A stretch of DNA of 64,000 bases from an uncultured Candidatus Saccharibacteria bacterium (GTDB lineage Bacteria; Patescibacteriota; UBA1384; XYA2-FULL-43-10; 1-14-0-10-43-13), in the NCBI GenBank assembly GCA_964628585.1, contig CAZVMH010000002.1, forward strand, positions 97,751 through 161,750. The letters are read 5' to 3'. The position numbers and the translations under genes were made by a program. Below, in pieces: positions 20,177 to 29,666 of the stretch (its first letter is position 1; each line of letters starts with the position of its first letter). Under the pieces are notes generated by a model. The model was given only the letters and a program-made list of their open reading frames with translations, was not told the DNA's origin and made no database searches.

Positions 20177-20485
20177 TTACTTTAGTGCTTCGTTGATTTT
20201 TTCCGCTATTGCGTCTTTTGGGACAGCCCCGACGAATTTGTCAACCTCTTTCCCGTCTTTCAGTATCAAAAATGTGGGTACGCTCATCACAGAATATTTG
20301 CTTGAAATGTCAGGATTTTCATCGATGTCAATCTTTAGAAATGTTACCTTTTCCTTATATTCTGACTCGAGTTCTTCAATGATCGGAGTCATCATTTGGC
20401 AGGGTCCGCACCAAGTAGCGAAAAAATCTACCATAAAAATTTTATCCTTTTCTTCTATTTTTTTATCAAATTCTTCTTTATTCAT
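20177..20485 (-). CDS. trxA: Thioredoxin
   Basis: DFFATWCGPCQ, SVPTF. Confidence 0.95.
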   Translation of the reverse strand: MNKEEFDKKIEEKDKIFMVDFFATWCGPCQMMTPIIEELESEYKEKVTFLKIDIDENPDISSKYSVMSVPTFLILKDGKEVDKFVGAVPKDAIAEKINEALK

Positions 20486-20496
20486 TTCTCTCCTTT

Positions 20497-20940
20497 TTAC
20501 TTACTTAATTTTTCTGCTTCTTTTTGGAACTTTTTGGCACTGGCAAAACTCTTATACACCGACAAGAATCGTAAATATGCGACTTCGTCTACTTCTTTTA
20601 ATTTATTAATAATTATATCACCTACTTGGCGAGTATGAATTAATTTGCTTTTTAGCCTTGAAAGCTCATGTTCAACATCTGAAACAATATTTTCAATTTG
20701 ATTTTCTCCAAATGGGCGCTTCTCCATAGCCAAACGAATTCCCTTAGCCATTTTATTGCGCTGATAGTCTTCAATTGTGCCGTCTCTCTTTAATATTTGT
20801 ATTTTTGGTGCTTCGATTCGCTCATAAGTAGTAAAGCGGAATTTGCAGCGCAAACACTCTCGACGGCGTCGAACAAATTTTTCCTCGCTACGCGAATCGA
20901 GGACTTCTGTTGCGGATCTTTTACATTCAGGACAAAGCAT
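20497..20940 (-). CDS. nrdR: Transcriptional repressor NrdR
   Basis: CPEC..VLDSR..RRRRECLRCKFRFTTYE, ATP cone, DEVAYLRFLSVY. Confidence 0.96.
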   Translation of the reverse strand: MLCPECKRSATEVLDSRSEEKFVRRRRECLRCKFRFTTYERIEAPKIQILKRDGTIEDYQRNKMAKGIRLAMEKRPFGENQIENIVSDVEHELSRLKSKLIHTRQVGDIIINKLKEVDEVAYLRFLSVYKSFASAKKFQKEAEKLSK

Positions 20941-21002
20941 ATGTTAATTAAAAGTTATTAAGTCTATTTATAGAATAGTGAATTTTAAAGTTGCGGTCAA
21001 AC

Positions 21003-21028
21003 AAAAAAGACCCGAGTGGGTCTTTTTT
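21003..21028 (-). terminator. Intrinsic terminator after ftsZ (symmetric)
   Basis: AAAAAAGACCC-GAGT-GGGTCTTTTTT. Confidence 0.85.
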
Positions 21029-21047
21029 GATATCGTATATTTGAATG

Positions 21048-22184
21048 TTATTTCAATTTTCTTCGAATAAAGGCTGGTACTTCTAGCTCGTCTTCATCAT
21101 CTTCTTCTTTTTTTTCTTCTACAATTGGTGGCTCTTCTCTTTCGGCTCGGCGTAAAATTTGTGAAGATGGAATTTCTTTGGCTGAAGTTTCGTTTATAAT
21201 GTAATTCTTTTGTTTGGATTTGCCCTGGTCTGACTCAAAACCGGTTGCAATAACGGTTATTTTCACTTCCCCCGCCATTGCTTCATCGATAATGGCGCCG
21301 AAGATAATGTTAGCGTCTGCATCAGCCGCTTCTGTTATTGCTTTAGCAGCTTCATCGATCTCATACATTCCAAGGTCTGGTCCACCAGTAATATTAAAGA
21401 GAATACCTTTTGCACCGTCGATTGAAAGTTCAAGTAATGGTGAATCGATGGCTGCTCTGGCTGCCTCAATCGCTCTGTTGTCTCCTGTGCCATGTCCAAT
21501 ACCCATGAGAGCCGATCCAGCATCTGCCATAATTGCCTTAACATCAGCAAAGTCAACATTAATAATGCCGTGGTAAACAATCAAATCCGCAATACCCTGA
21601 ACACCCTGACGAAGAACATCATCAACTACGCCAAAGGCGTCGAATAATGAAGTTTTTTTGTCTATAACTTGAAGTAACCTATCGTTTGGAATTGTGATCA
21701 AAGTGTCTACTCTGTCTTTCATTTCGGCGATACCGAGTTCAGCAATCTTCTTGCGTCTTTGACCTTCAAAAGCAAAAGGCTTGGTTACAACACCAACTGT
21801 GAGAGCACCGAGTTCTTTTGCAATTTCTGCCACGAATGGAGCAGCACCAGTTCCAGTCCCACCACCCATTCCACAGGTAACAAAAACCATATCCGAGCCT
21901 TTTAGAGCTTCATATACTTCTTCTTTATTTTCTTCAATTGATTTTCGTCCAATCTCAGGGTCTGCACCAGCTCCTAGACCACGAGTAGTATCTTTACCTA
22001 TCTGTATTTTTGTTGGGGCTTCATTAAATGAGAGTGCTTGAGCGTCTGTGTTAATGGCAATAAAATCAACCCCGCGCAATTTAGAGTTGATCATTCGAGT
22101 AATAGTGCTTCCACCAGAACCACCGACACCAACAGCTCTAATTACAGCGAAGTTATCTAGCTCTGACCCTTTTTTTTCTACCAT
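21048..22184 (-). CDS. ftsZ: Cell division protein FtsZ
   Basis: [16 protein letters not shown] tubulin signature, INVDFADV, C-terminal EVPAFIRRK. Confidence 0.99.
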   Translation of the reverse strand: MVEKKGSELDNFAVIRAVGVGGSGGSTITRMINSKLRGVDFIAINTDAQALSFNEAPTKIQIGKDTTRGLGAGADPEIGRKSIEENKEEVYEALKGSDMVFVTCGMGGGTGTGAAPFVAEIAKELGALTVGVVTKPFAFEGQRRKKIAELGIAEMKDRVDTLITIPNDRLLQVIDKKTSLFDAFGVVDDVLRQGVQGIADLIVYHGIINVDFADVKAIMADAGSALMGIGHGTGDNRAIEAARAAIDSPLLELSIDGAKGILFNITGGPDLGMYEIDEAAKAITEAADADANIIFGAIIDEAMAGEVKITVIATGFESDQGKSKQKNYIINETSAKEIPSSQILRRAEREEPPIVEEKKEEDDEDELEVPAFIRRKLK

Positions 22185-22238
22185 TGTTTCAGTCTCTATT
22201 AATATTTAGCCCTCTAGGGTGCCATAATTGGCACTTGA

Positions 22239-23474
22239 TTAGGGCATGAAATTCTTGATTGCGGATTTAATTTTTCCGAATAATCCTGTCATTCCAGGTA
22301 CACCAAAATCTATGGAATTCCCTCCTCCAATTTTGTCTTTTCCCCATATCATTAATCCTATGCTTGTAGAGTATACTGGATCATCAATTTTGTCAACAAG
22401 TCCGGAAATTTCCATAACTGGTTTGCCAACTTGAGCGGGCAGACACATGGTTGATTTTGCTAATTCCACCACTCCGTCTATCTTAGCTCCGCCTCCAGTG
22501 AGCACAATTCCAGCTGGCAAGGTGCCGTCTCGGTCAATTTCGCGTAAACTATCTTTTATCATCAAAAATATTTCATTTAAACGGGCTTCAATTATTTCCG
22601 CAACATATTTGATCGAAGCAGTTCCCTCTTCGTTTTTATCGAGTTTATTTAATTGAATTTCTTCCTTCTCTGCTACTTTATCTGGAACGGCGTAACCGTA
22701 TTTTAGCTTAATTGAATCGGCAATTTCAATATTTGTCCTAAGTCCAATAGCAATATCATTTGTAATATGGGTTGAACCAATTGGTATGACACCAGAACTA
22801 ATCAAATCCCCTTCTTCGTAAACAGCAAATGTTGTAGTCGAGGCACCTATATCTACCAAAATTACGCCGATATCCATTTGTCTTTTTGAGAGCAGAACCT
22901 TGGCTGTGGCGAGAGGAGAAAAAACTAATTCTACAATCGAAAGACCAGACTGCTCAACCGCTCTTGCCAAACTTTTTACGGCATTGGTCGATGAAGAAAT
23001 AACGCTAGCGTTTGCTTCAAGTCTAATACCGTTCATACCAGCAGGATCTTTTATTTCGTCTTGTCCGTCTATAACATAGGTTTGCGGAATAACATGAAGT
23101 ACTTCTCTATTTGGTTTATTTGGAGTAATCTTCGCTGCTTCCAGTGCGCGAGCCGCGTCTGTTTCTGTTATTTCACCATCAGTTCTGGCAACTGCAACTA
23201 CACCTTTTGTTGCTTCTGATTCAATATGGCGCCCTGAAATCCCTACGATTGCTCCTTGAATCGGAACACCAGCCATTCTCTCGGCCTCTTCTAAAGATGC
23301 CGATATAGCCGAAACGGTCTCTTCAATATCAACAATTACACCCTTTCTAATGCCCTGGTTAATTGAAGTTCCAAGCCCAATAATATCAATAGCACCGTTT
23401 TCAAATTTACCAACAGTGGTAATAACTTTGGTGCTTCCAATATCGAGACCGACCGAGATTGTATTTTGTGCCAC
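22239..23474 (-). CDS. ftsA: Cell division protein FtsA
   Basis: GLDIGSTKV, LVDIGAST, HITNDIAIGL, VLTGGGAK, C-terminal amphipathic helix. Confidence 0.98.
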   Translation of the reverse strand: MAQNTISVGLDIGSTKVITTVGKFENGAIDIIGLGTSINQGIRKGVIVDIEETVSAISASLEEAERMAGVPIQGAIVGISGRHIESEATKGVVAVARTDGEITETDAARALEAAKITPNKPNREVLHVIPQTYVIDGQDEIKDPAGMNGIRLEANASVISSSTNAVKSLARAVEQSGLSIVELVFSPLATAKVLLSKRQMDIGVILVDIGASTTTFAVYEEGDLISSGVIPIGSTHITNDIAIGLRTNIEIADSIKLKYGYAVPDKVAEKEEIQLNKLDKNEEGTASIKYVAEIIEARLNEIFLMIKDSLREIDRDGTLPAGIVLTGGGAKIDGVVELAKSTMCLPAQVGKPVMEISGLVDKIDDPVYSTSIGLMIWGKDKIGGGNSIDFGVPGMTGLFGKIKSAIKNFMP

Positions 23475-23560
23475 TTCTATCCCTCCAAAATTTCGATTAC
23501 AAAAGAAAAATAACCTTTATCTAAGTTTATATGAAAACTACCTTAATATCAATCAAAGTA

Positions 23561-23938
23561 TCAGAACAAATTCCTGATATGTGGAAGAAATACTAATACA
23601 AAAACTACTGCAGCAATGATGGCAGCAATAAAAACAGCACCGGCCATAGCATCTTTTACAACTCGGATTGTGCTGTGCTTTTGCGGATGCAATAGGTCAA
23701 AAGTTTTTTCTATGGCAGTGTTTATAATCTCAATAGCAAAAACTAATATCACTGCCATAAATAAGACAGCGGCTTCTAGCCTGGAAACGCGGAGTAAGTA
23801 GGCAATAATACCTACACCTATGGAAATTAATGCATGGACACGAGCGTTTTGTTCATTAAGTATCAGATACCATACACCGTTAAAAGCGTATTTAAAACTA
23901 CGAAAGAATTTCTTGTAATTAAATTTCGTGTAAGTCAT
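23561..23938 (-). CDS. dgkA: Diacylglycerol/undecaprenol kinase (DgkA family)
   Basis: SFKYAFNG..NEQNARVH, EIINTAIE, KDAMAGAV. Confidence 0.9.
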   Translation of the reverse strand: MTYTKFNYKKFFRSFKYAFNGVWYLILNEQNARVHALISIGVGIIAYLLRVSRLEAAVLFMAVILVFAIEIINTAIEKTFDLLHPQKHSTIRVVKDAMAGAVFIAAIIAAVVFVLVFLPHIRNLF

Positions 23939-23950
23939 TATGCCTCAATA

Positions 23951-24340
23951 TTATAAGTTGCAATCAATTTTTTTTGCCGATTCATCCCAATCCTCTTCAT
24001 TGTTCTCATGATCAAATCCGACGAGATGAAGAAGGCCATGCTTTAACACGTCAGAAATTATTTCATCTTTTTCGGCAACAACAGCAGGGCAAATTACAAT
24101 ACTACCTAAAATATTCTCGCTTCCTGGTACCTGTTGTTGTGGAAAGGACAAAACATCGGTGGGCCGATCGATAGAGCGAAATTTTTTATTCAATTCAGCA
24201 ATTTCTGTTTTATCCACAAATAGTATCTCAACTTCTCCTTTGAAGGTCAAATCGAGTTTCTCCGAAGCGCCTAAAATCATTTTCTCGACCACTTCTTTTT
24301 CAATTGGAGCCTTAATTTTTTCAACTATATTTATTTTCAT
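23951..24340 (-). CDS. ybeY: rRNA maturation endoribonuclease YbeY
   Basis: LNKKFRSIDRPTDVLSFP, HGLLHLVGFDH. Confidence 0.95.
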   Translation of the reverse strand: MKINIVEKIKAPIEKEVVEKMILGASEKLDLTFKGEVEILFVDKTEIAELNKKFRSIDRPTDVLSFPQQQVPGSENILGSIVICPAVVAEKDEIISDVLKHGLLHLVGFDHENNEEDWDESAKKIDCNL

Positions 24341-25248
24341 TTATATTCTAGCCGTTGGTGATAAATTGAAAGTAATGTTTCTTCAAGCGAATTTGAAATT
24401 TTTTTAATTTCTTCGTTAGAGAATCCTACTTGTTTAAATTGCTTATCTTCAATGCGCTCATCGATTGTTTTCTTAACAATATTCTTTATGTCATTATTAG
24501 TTAGAAGAGGATTGGACCGAGCTATTGCTTCAACACAGTCAGATAGCATTAATATTGCAGATTCTTTTGACCTGGGTGTTGGCCCAGCATATCTAAAATC
24601 GGTTTTTTTAATTTTTAAACCTTTTTCTTTTGCTAATTGGTAAAAATATATTGCACGCGTTGTGCCATGATGTTCGCGAATTAGGTCTACAATATTACTT
24701 GGTAAATTGGCGTTTGTGGCCATTTTTACACCGTCTTCAACATGAGCAATAATTTTTTTAGCATTATCACGAATGGAATCGGCCTCCAATTCTGTTGGGA
24801 CCTCAGAACCAGATTGATTTTCTACGAATGAAAGTGGGTTCGTCAATTTGCCTAAATCATGATAGTAGGCAGCAGTTCTTATTAAAAGAGTGTCTGCTCC
24901 AACGGCTCTAGCGACATTTTGAGCTAACGTTGAAACATTTAAGGAGTGATGATATGTCCCCGGAGCTTCACTTGATAATTTTAATAAAAGCGGATTGGAG
25001 AGACTTTCCACTCGCAACATTCGTTTTAAAGTTGCCATTGCTTCTCCCACAACGGGCGCAAATAAGAAAATTCCCCCCGAAAGAATTGAAGCTGCTACAA
25101 GCGCGAAGACTAAGTTTAGTAGAGCTACTTCCCAAATACTAAAATCAACTAAATAATAAATATAATCTTCAATGGAAAAAAGAATAAAAATTATCAGGGC
25201 AATACCAGCTGTCAATGAAGCAGTATATTTTATAGTATATTTACGCAT
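24337..25248 (-). CDS. Membrane HD-domain phosphohydrolase, PgpH-like (7TM-HD family, shortened)
   Basis: EAPGTYHHS, AYYHDLGKL, FVENQ, EHHGT, DFRYAGPTP.SKE..ILMLSD. Sits in the yqeY-ybeY-dgkA context as pgpH does in Firmicutes. Confidence 0.8.
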   Translation of the reverse strand: MRKYTIKYTASLTAGIALIIFILFSIEDYIYYLVDFSIWEVALLNLVFALVAASILSGGIFLFAPVVGEAMATLKRMLRVESLSNPLLLKLSSEAPGTYHHSLNVSTLAQNVARAVGADTLLIRTAAYYHDLGKLTNPLSFVENQSGSEVPTELEADSIRDNAKKIIAHVEDGVKMATNANLPSNIVDLIREHHGTTRAIYFYQLAKEKGLKIKKTDFRYAGPTPRSKESAILMLSDCVEAIARSNPLLTNNDIKNIVKKTIDERIEDKQFKQVGFSNEEIKKISNSLEETLLSIYHQRLEYK

Positions 25249-25269
25249 AAAACAAAGAGTCGTCGGTTA

Positions 25270-25710
25270 TTAATTCAATTCTTCTGCTACGATACGAGAA
25301 ACGGTTTTCCCATCAATTTCGCTGCCGTGATCCTTCATGATTAAGCCGATTGCCTGTCCCATTTTGCTTTTATCTGTAATTGAGTTATCTAACAATACTT
25401 TTTTAACAACCTCACGAGTAGCTGATTCATCTAGCTGTTTTGGTAAATATGCCTCGATAATTTTGATCTCTTTTTGTTCCTGTTCTTTTTTTTCTGCTTC
25501 TCCTGCTTTTTCGTATGTTTCGCCTGCCTCCACTCGCTGTTTAACCTCTTTTTTCAAGATGGTAATTACTTCATCATCAGAAAGCTTATCTTTTTTGGCG
25601 ATTTCAGCATTTTGCAGGCCACTTTTAATCATACGCAAAACAGACACTTTTTCCTCGTCATGTGCTTTATAGCTCTCTAAATAGTCCTTATCAATCTGAT
25701 CTTTGAGCAT
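25270..25710 (-). CDS. yqeY: GatB/YqeY domain protein
   Basis: VLRMIKS..NAEI, KEVKQR.E, YLPKQL, MGQAIG. Confidence 0.9.
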   Translation of the reverse strand: MLKDQIDKDYLESYKAHDEEKVSVLRMIKSGLQNAEIAKKDKLSDDEVITILKKEVKQRVEAGETYEKAGEAEKKEQEQKEIKIIEAYLPKQLDESATREVVKKVLLDNSITDKSKMGQAIGLIMKDHGSEIDGKTVSRIVAEELN

Positions 25711-25730
25711 AAACCTCCTTCACAAATGGT

Positions 25731-25925
25731 TTAATATCCGCGTTTAAGTTTGCGAATCATGTTGCGACGAACGGCAGAGCGTCTTCGCATAGAACGGTTT
25801 TGGTCTTTTTCAAAATATCTTTTAGTTTTAGCAACAGTCAAAATACCGCTTTGTTGAACCTCTCGGTTAAAACGGCGTAGCAGTACATCAAATTTTTCTT
25901 CACCTTTTCTTTTGATCTCGATCAA
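25731..25925 (-). CDS. rpsU: 30S ribosomal protein S21
   Basis: IEIKRKGEEKFDVLLRRFNREVQQSGIL..KRYFEK; probable TTG start after GGTGGTG; precedes yqeY. Confidence 0.85.
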   Translation of the reverse strand: MIEIKRKGEEKFDVLLRRFNREVQQSGILTVAKTKRYFEKDQNRSMRRRSAVRRNMIRKLKRGY

Positions 25926-26035
25926 GTAAATCACCACCTTCCGGAACATCGCATAGAAGCGAATTGCTTATTGTTTACTCTATATTTATAACAAAAAAAC
26001 ACTAACTTGGCAAGGAGAAGTTATCAAACAAATAT

Positions 26036-26524
26036 TTATCCAGAGATTAAAAATCTAAAAGCGTCTTTTAGAGTAATATTTCTGCGAGATCGTCTTCTAA
26101 TTCGTCTTTTGGGCTTATCAATAATGGTAGGCCAAACCTCTTTAAGCCATTTTTTCTGATTTTTGAGCTGTTTTTCAAATCCTCTTTCTTTTAACTCACT
26201 ATCTACCACTCCACCACTATGCGGATGCTTTGAAGCTTGTGGATGTGGCGAGGAGAAACCGTGAGCGTAATGGCAGAGCTCATGGGCAATTGTTAGGTCT
26301 ATTATATATTCTGGCACGCGCTCGTCTTTAAAATAACCGGTTAAGGTAATTACTGAGTCATTATCGTTTTTCTGCTTATAACTGTGAAGCTGCTTAATCG
26401 AGCCCAATCGAGCCCGTGCCTTTTTGCCAAACTTAATCGTGACGTTATTAATTCTATCAACATCAGAAAAATACTCTCTCCAGATGATATCCAATTTTTC
26501 TTCAAGCCATTCATTGTTTCTCAT
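26036..26524 (-). CDS. SprT-like zinc metalloprotease
   Basis: RARLGSI, IAHELCHY, HPH.GG. Promoter TTGCGA-17-TATCAT lies 6 nt before the ATG (leaderless). Confidence 0.75.
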   Translation of the reverse strand: MRNNEWLEEKLDIIWREYFSDVDRINNVTIKFGKKARARLGSIKQLHSYKQKNDNDSVITLTGYFKDERVPEYIIDLTIAHELCHYAHGFSSPHPQASKHPHSGGVVDSELKERGFEKQLKNQKKWLKEVWPTIIDKPKRRIRRRSRRNITLKDAFRFLISG

Positions 26525-26573
26525 AAAACTATGATAGCTGGTGCGAAGTTTGTTCGCAAATTTTTTCTAAAAC

Positions 26574-26631
26574 AAAAGGGCCCTTGCCAGGGGCCCCACG
26601 GAACTTTTGTCGAAGGATTAGTCCTTTCGAC
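26574..26631 (-). terminator. Double hairpin / intrinsic terminator of the plsY-fusion unit
   Basis: Minus strand GTCGAAAGGA-CTAA-TCCTTCGAC, then GGGCCC-CTGGCAA-GGGCCC-TTTT. Confidence 0.75.
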
Positions 26632-26638
26632 GGGCATG

Positions 26639-28510
26639 TTACTCCGCGTCAGCTTCTCCTTGATAAAGCTGCTGTTCGTTGTGTTTTCTGGCGACGACCT
26701 CAAAACCGAATCTCTTGCAAGCTTCGGTATAGAAGTCAACGTCATCTTCTGTGACGTCTGCTGCCAGCGAGGCGTGCTCGTAGGCCTGAGTCAGGGCGAG
26801 GATTATTGCTTCCACCAGACATGCTGGGAAAAGCGGAACGCCCTGATCCTGCCCAAAGTGGAAATCAATCGGACAGGAGATGTTACCAGGCAGTTTCATA
26901 AGCCCGCAACGAATCAGCGTGACATCTGGCCGAAGTTCCAGAATCTTATCCGCAACGTCTGGCGGATACGCCACATCGAGAAGATAACAACCCTCTTTCA
27001 AGAGATGGCAGTTTTCTGCTGTGATCAGAGGCTCAGGTGAGCTAGTACAACAGAAAACGATGTCGGCAAGTGAAAGTGCACTCAAGTCGTCGCTCGAGAG
27101 GACGGTGCCGATATTGATCTGTCGGTCCGATCTCGATGAGTTGCCTCTTAGGAAAGCGATCGACTCCTTGGTCTCTCTGGCCACGGTGTCATAGAGACGA
27201 TGTCCAATCAGACCTCGAGCACCAAGAGCTGCCATGACCAGATCTGAAAGTTGTCGGTCTCCTAGCACTTTCTTTAGGGCAATCAGAGTAGCGCTAACGG
27301 TATTAGCAGCACCGTTGTCTATCTGAATGGTCAGACCTCTCTTCTTGCACCAGAGATCGAGGTCCTTGCCTCCTCTGGCTTCAGATGAGAGCAAACCACC
27401 TAGACCCAACACAGTCGCACCGAGTCGTTGAGCCAAAACAGCAGCAGCTTTGAGAAGCGCATAGAGTAATCTGTTGTGGGACGATTTCTTGAGCTTCTCT
27501 TGAGCTTGAGAAATGCGACGAAGAACGTGCTCCATTCCTTGATTGCCTTTCGTTATGGCAGTAATGACCTTGTCGCATCCTCGAACCAAAATCGCTGCAG
27601 TCTCGAGAAGAGCGTAAAGCGACTTGTTGTATGACACCTCTTTGATCATCTCTGGTATCTGGATGATGCCCAGAAGAATAACCCGCACCTTCCTGCCATC
27701 TTTGGTCACGATGCCAGTGATCTCACCGCACTCCATGACAGGACAAAGCCGAAGAAGCATTCGCACGAAGCGTTCGCTAATCTTCTTGCCCTCTAGCGCT
27801 TTGATCACAAGCTTGCCACCAGGCAGCTGCTTCAAGTCGTTCAAGTCTCTATTGTGCATTGCGAAGGCGGCTACTACTTCATCGCCAACATTGTGCACTC
27901 CACGCTTCTCTGAAAACTTCGGCTCGGTACCATTTCGGAGACGAACAACGTTTCTTGCATGCATTCTGATGACTGCGATAGGCACAGCCAGAAAGACTCC
28001 TAGTATTGCAGGACTGGCTTGGAAGATATAGGCAAAAACTGGCGTGCTCAACGCCGCCAACATTGAGGCCATAGACATATAGCCGGTAGAAAAGAGCACT
28101 ACCAGCCAAATGCCAAATGCACTTAGCGCCACTTTGTAGTTAAGAGCGAGTGCTCCACCACAGAGTGTTGCTACCATCTTACCTCCGCTGAACATACCTT
28201 CGGCAAGAAAGAAGTAAAATGAAAAGCCATGACCAATTCCGGCCGCGATCATGCAGAAAGCAGCGGGGATCTCCCCGATATACATTTTGCAGATCATAGT
28301 CGGAACGAATCCTTTGGCAAGATCTAGTAGCAGAACGGGAATTCCCACTTTCCATCCCAGAACTGCTTTCACGTTGGTGAAGCCAATGTTACCGCTTCCC
28401 CAGTCTCTGATGTCAAAGTGCTTCCCCTTGAATACCTTTGCCAGCCAATACCCGAAGGGCATCGAACCGCACAGGTATGAGAGGACAATAAATCCGATCC
28501 ATATAAGCAT
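26639..28510 (-). CDS. plsY: Glycerol-3-phosphate acyltransferase PlsY fused to an acyl-ACP-reductase-like (shikimate-DH-like Rossmann) domain; GC-rich
   Basis: SYLCGSMPFG, DIRDWGSGNIGFTN, DLAKG, GH, GGKMVAT, H..N..RL..GTE (PlsY). Then LGLGGL, DNG..NT, LGARGLIG, DVAYPPDV, ACLVEAIIL (AAR-like). Start ATG 28510 after AAGGAGGT. Confidence 0.8.
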   Translation of the reverse strand: MLIWIGFIVLSYLCGSMPFGYWLAKVFKGKHFDIRDWGSGNIGFTNVKAVLGWKVGIPVLLLDLAKGFVPTMICKMYIGEIPAAFCMIAAGIGHGFSFYFFLAEGMFSGGKMVATLCGGALALNYKVALSAFGIWLVVLFSTGYMSMASMLAALSTPVFAYIFQASPAILGVFLAVPIAVIRMHARNVVRLRNGTEPKFSEKRGVHNVGDEVVAAFAMHNRDLNDLKQLPGGKLVIKALEGKKISERFVRMLLRLCPVMECGEITGIVTKDGRKVRVILLGIIQIPEMIKEVSYNKSLYALLETAAILVRGCDKVITAITKGNQGMEHVLRRISQAQEKLKKSSHNRLLYALLKAAAVLAQRLGATVLGLGGLLSSEARGGKDLDLWCKKRGLTIQIDNGAANTVSATLIALKKVLGDRQLSDLVMAALGARGLIGHRLYDTVARETKESIAFLRGNSSRSDRQINIGTVLSSDDLSALSLADIVFCCTSSPEPLITAENCHLLKEGCYLLDVAYPPDVADKILELRPDVTLIRCGLMKLPGNISCPIDFHFGQDQGVPLFPACLVEAIILALTQAYEHASLAADVTEDDVDFYTEACKRFGFEVVARKHNEQQLYQGEADAE

Positions 28511-28548
28511 ACGACCTCCTTTTTCCCCGTCTGTTTGCTTCGGCGTGA

Positions 28549-28577
28549 AGTATAACAATATTTAATATTATTGGCAA
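28549..28577 (-). promoter_or_regulatory. sigma70 promoter of the plsY-fusion unit
   Basis: TTGCCA-17-TATACT with TG extension. Confidence 0.7.
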
Positions 28578-28615
28578 ATAAATTCGAGGTCTTTTATTAA
28601 AAAACCCTCCCCCCC

Positions 28616-28714
28616 TTGACATCTGTGCCCCATGCTGTATAATCCCATATTGTTGTTGCAAATTATGCCTCTGAGCTCAATGGTATTGACAAATAAGCTC
28701 AAGTGTGCTATAAT
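28616..28714 (+). promoter_or_regulatory. Two tandem consensus sigma70 promoters upstream of the lytic transglycosylase
   Basis: TTGACA-16-TATAAT (28616-28643) and TTGACA-17-TATAAT (28686-28714). Confidence 0.8.
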
Positions 28715-28836
28715 TACAACATATTCTGGAGAATGGGTCCAGAATTTTTTAATTAATACGAGTGCTTGGTACAAGGCTAGAAATCGATTCGATTTCACTA
28801 CTCTGAATACACACGCCGAATATCCAAGCTTCAATC

Positions 28837-29538
28837 ATGACTCTCTATTTTGAGAGAATGAAACGGTTCGCAAATAAGTTCAAAGACAATTTCATAGTCA
28901 ACAAAACTGCTTCTTTCGTTATTTTGAGCGCAATGTTGCCTTTGTCGGTTCTTTCTGCTGATACAAATACTATGTCAGAAAATCCTCGCGCAAACGACAA
29001 TATCGTTCTAAATACTACTTCTCCTAAACCTGTTGTGATTAATCAGGAAAAATCCACGATTGTTCCTGGTGAATCTAAGGTAGAAAAGGAAGCTAGAGAA
29101 AAAGCAGAAGCCAATGCTAAAGTAAAATCCTCAGCAGAAGCTGTAAAATTGCGTAACACAGTCGCTAGAGAAAGTAGGGTTTACAATAATCCTTCTGACT
29201 TCGACTCAATATACGCACGAGCACAGGCCACATATGGTGTTGATGCTCGTATCCTTAAGGCTATTCACACTGTTGAAACTGGTCGTTCCGGGTCAACTTT
29301 GAGGGCTAACCCCTCTGGTGCTACCGGTCCTATGCAGTTTTTGCCCTCCACTTGGAGACGACACGGTGTAGATGGTAATGGTGACGGTGTTGCCGATATC
29401 GGTAATGTAGAAGATGCAATCTTCTCTGCCGCCCACTACCTTAAAGCCTGTGGTTACCCAGATGTAAAGAAAGCTTTGTGGGGTTACAACCCTTCAAGTC
29501 GATACTACACTAAAGTTATGAACATCGCCGGATTATAA
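28837..29538 (+). CDS. Secreted lytic transglycosylase (SLT domain)
   Basis: Signal-like N-terminus; ILKAIHTVET, GATGPMQFLPSTW, DGNGDG, DAIFSAAHYL, ALWGYN. Confidence 0.9.
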   Translation: MTLYFERMKRFANKFKDNFIVNKTASFVILSAMLPLSVLSADTNTMSENPRANDNIVLNTTSPKPVVINQEKSTIVPGESKVEKEAREKAEANAKVKSSAEAVKLRNTVARESRVYNNPSDFDSIYARAQATYGVDARILKAIHTVETGRSGSTLRANPSGATGPMQFLPSTWRRHGVDGNGDGVADIGNVEDAIFSAAHYLKACGYPDVKKALWGYNPSSRYYTKVMNIAGL

Positions 29539-29612
29539 TTCATTCGACCATGAGCCAAGGGCTTTCCTTAGGGGCTCAGGATAAATTGCTGCTTATCGGA
29601 ATAGATATATAG

Positions 29613-29645
29613 GAAAAGACCCTTTCGCAAGATCGGGTCTTTTTC
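29613..29645. terminator. Bidirectional intrinsic terminator between the SLT gene and eno
   Basis: GAAAAGACCC...GGGTCTTTTTC between convergent genes. Confidence 0.75.
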
Positions 29646-29666
29646 TATTATGAATTCATATAATAT

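Noticed and set aside
26542-26558. Gram-positive-type LexA box (CGAAC-N4-GTTCG) at the SprT-like promoter
   Set aside because: The palindrome TGCGAA-N5-TTCGCA has the wrong spacing and does not match the direct-repeat box seen at lexA; may be another operator.
26384-27040. 218-aa + strand ORF
   Set aside because: Antisense shadow of the SprT-like and plsY-fusion genes; crosses their terminator; no recognisable motifs.
28720-28836. Canonical c-di-AMP (ydaO) riboswitch
   Set aside because: The conserved GCTGAATCC / GGAACC / GTCAGCTAA-type segments are not visible; reported only as an unclassified leader.
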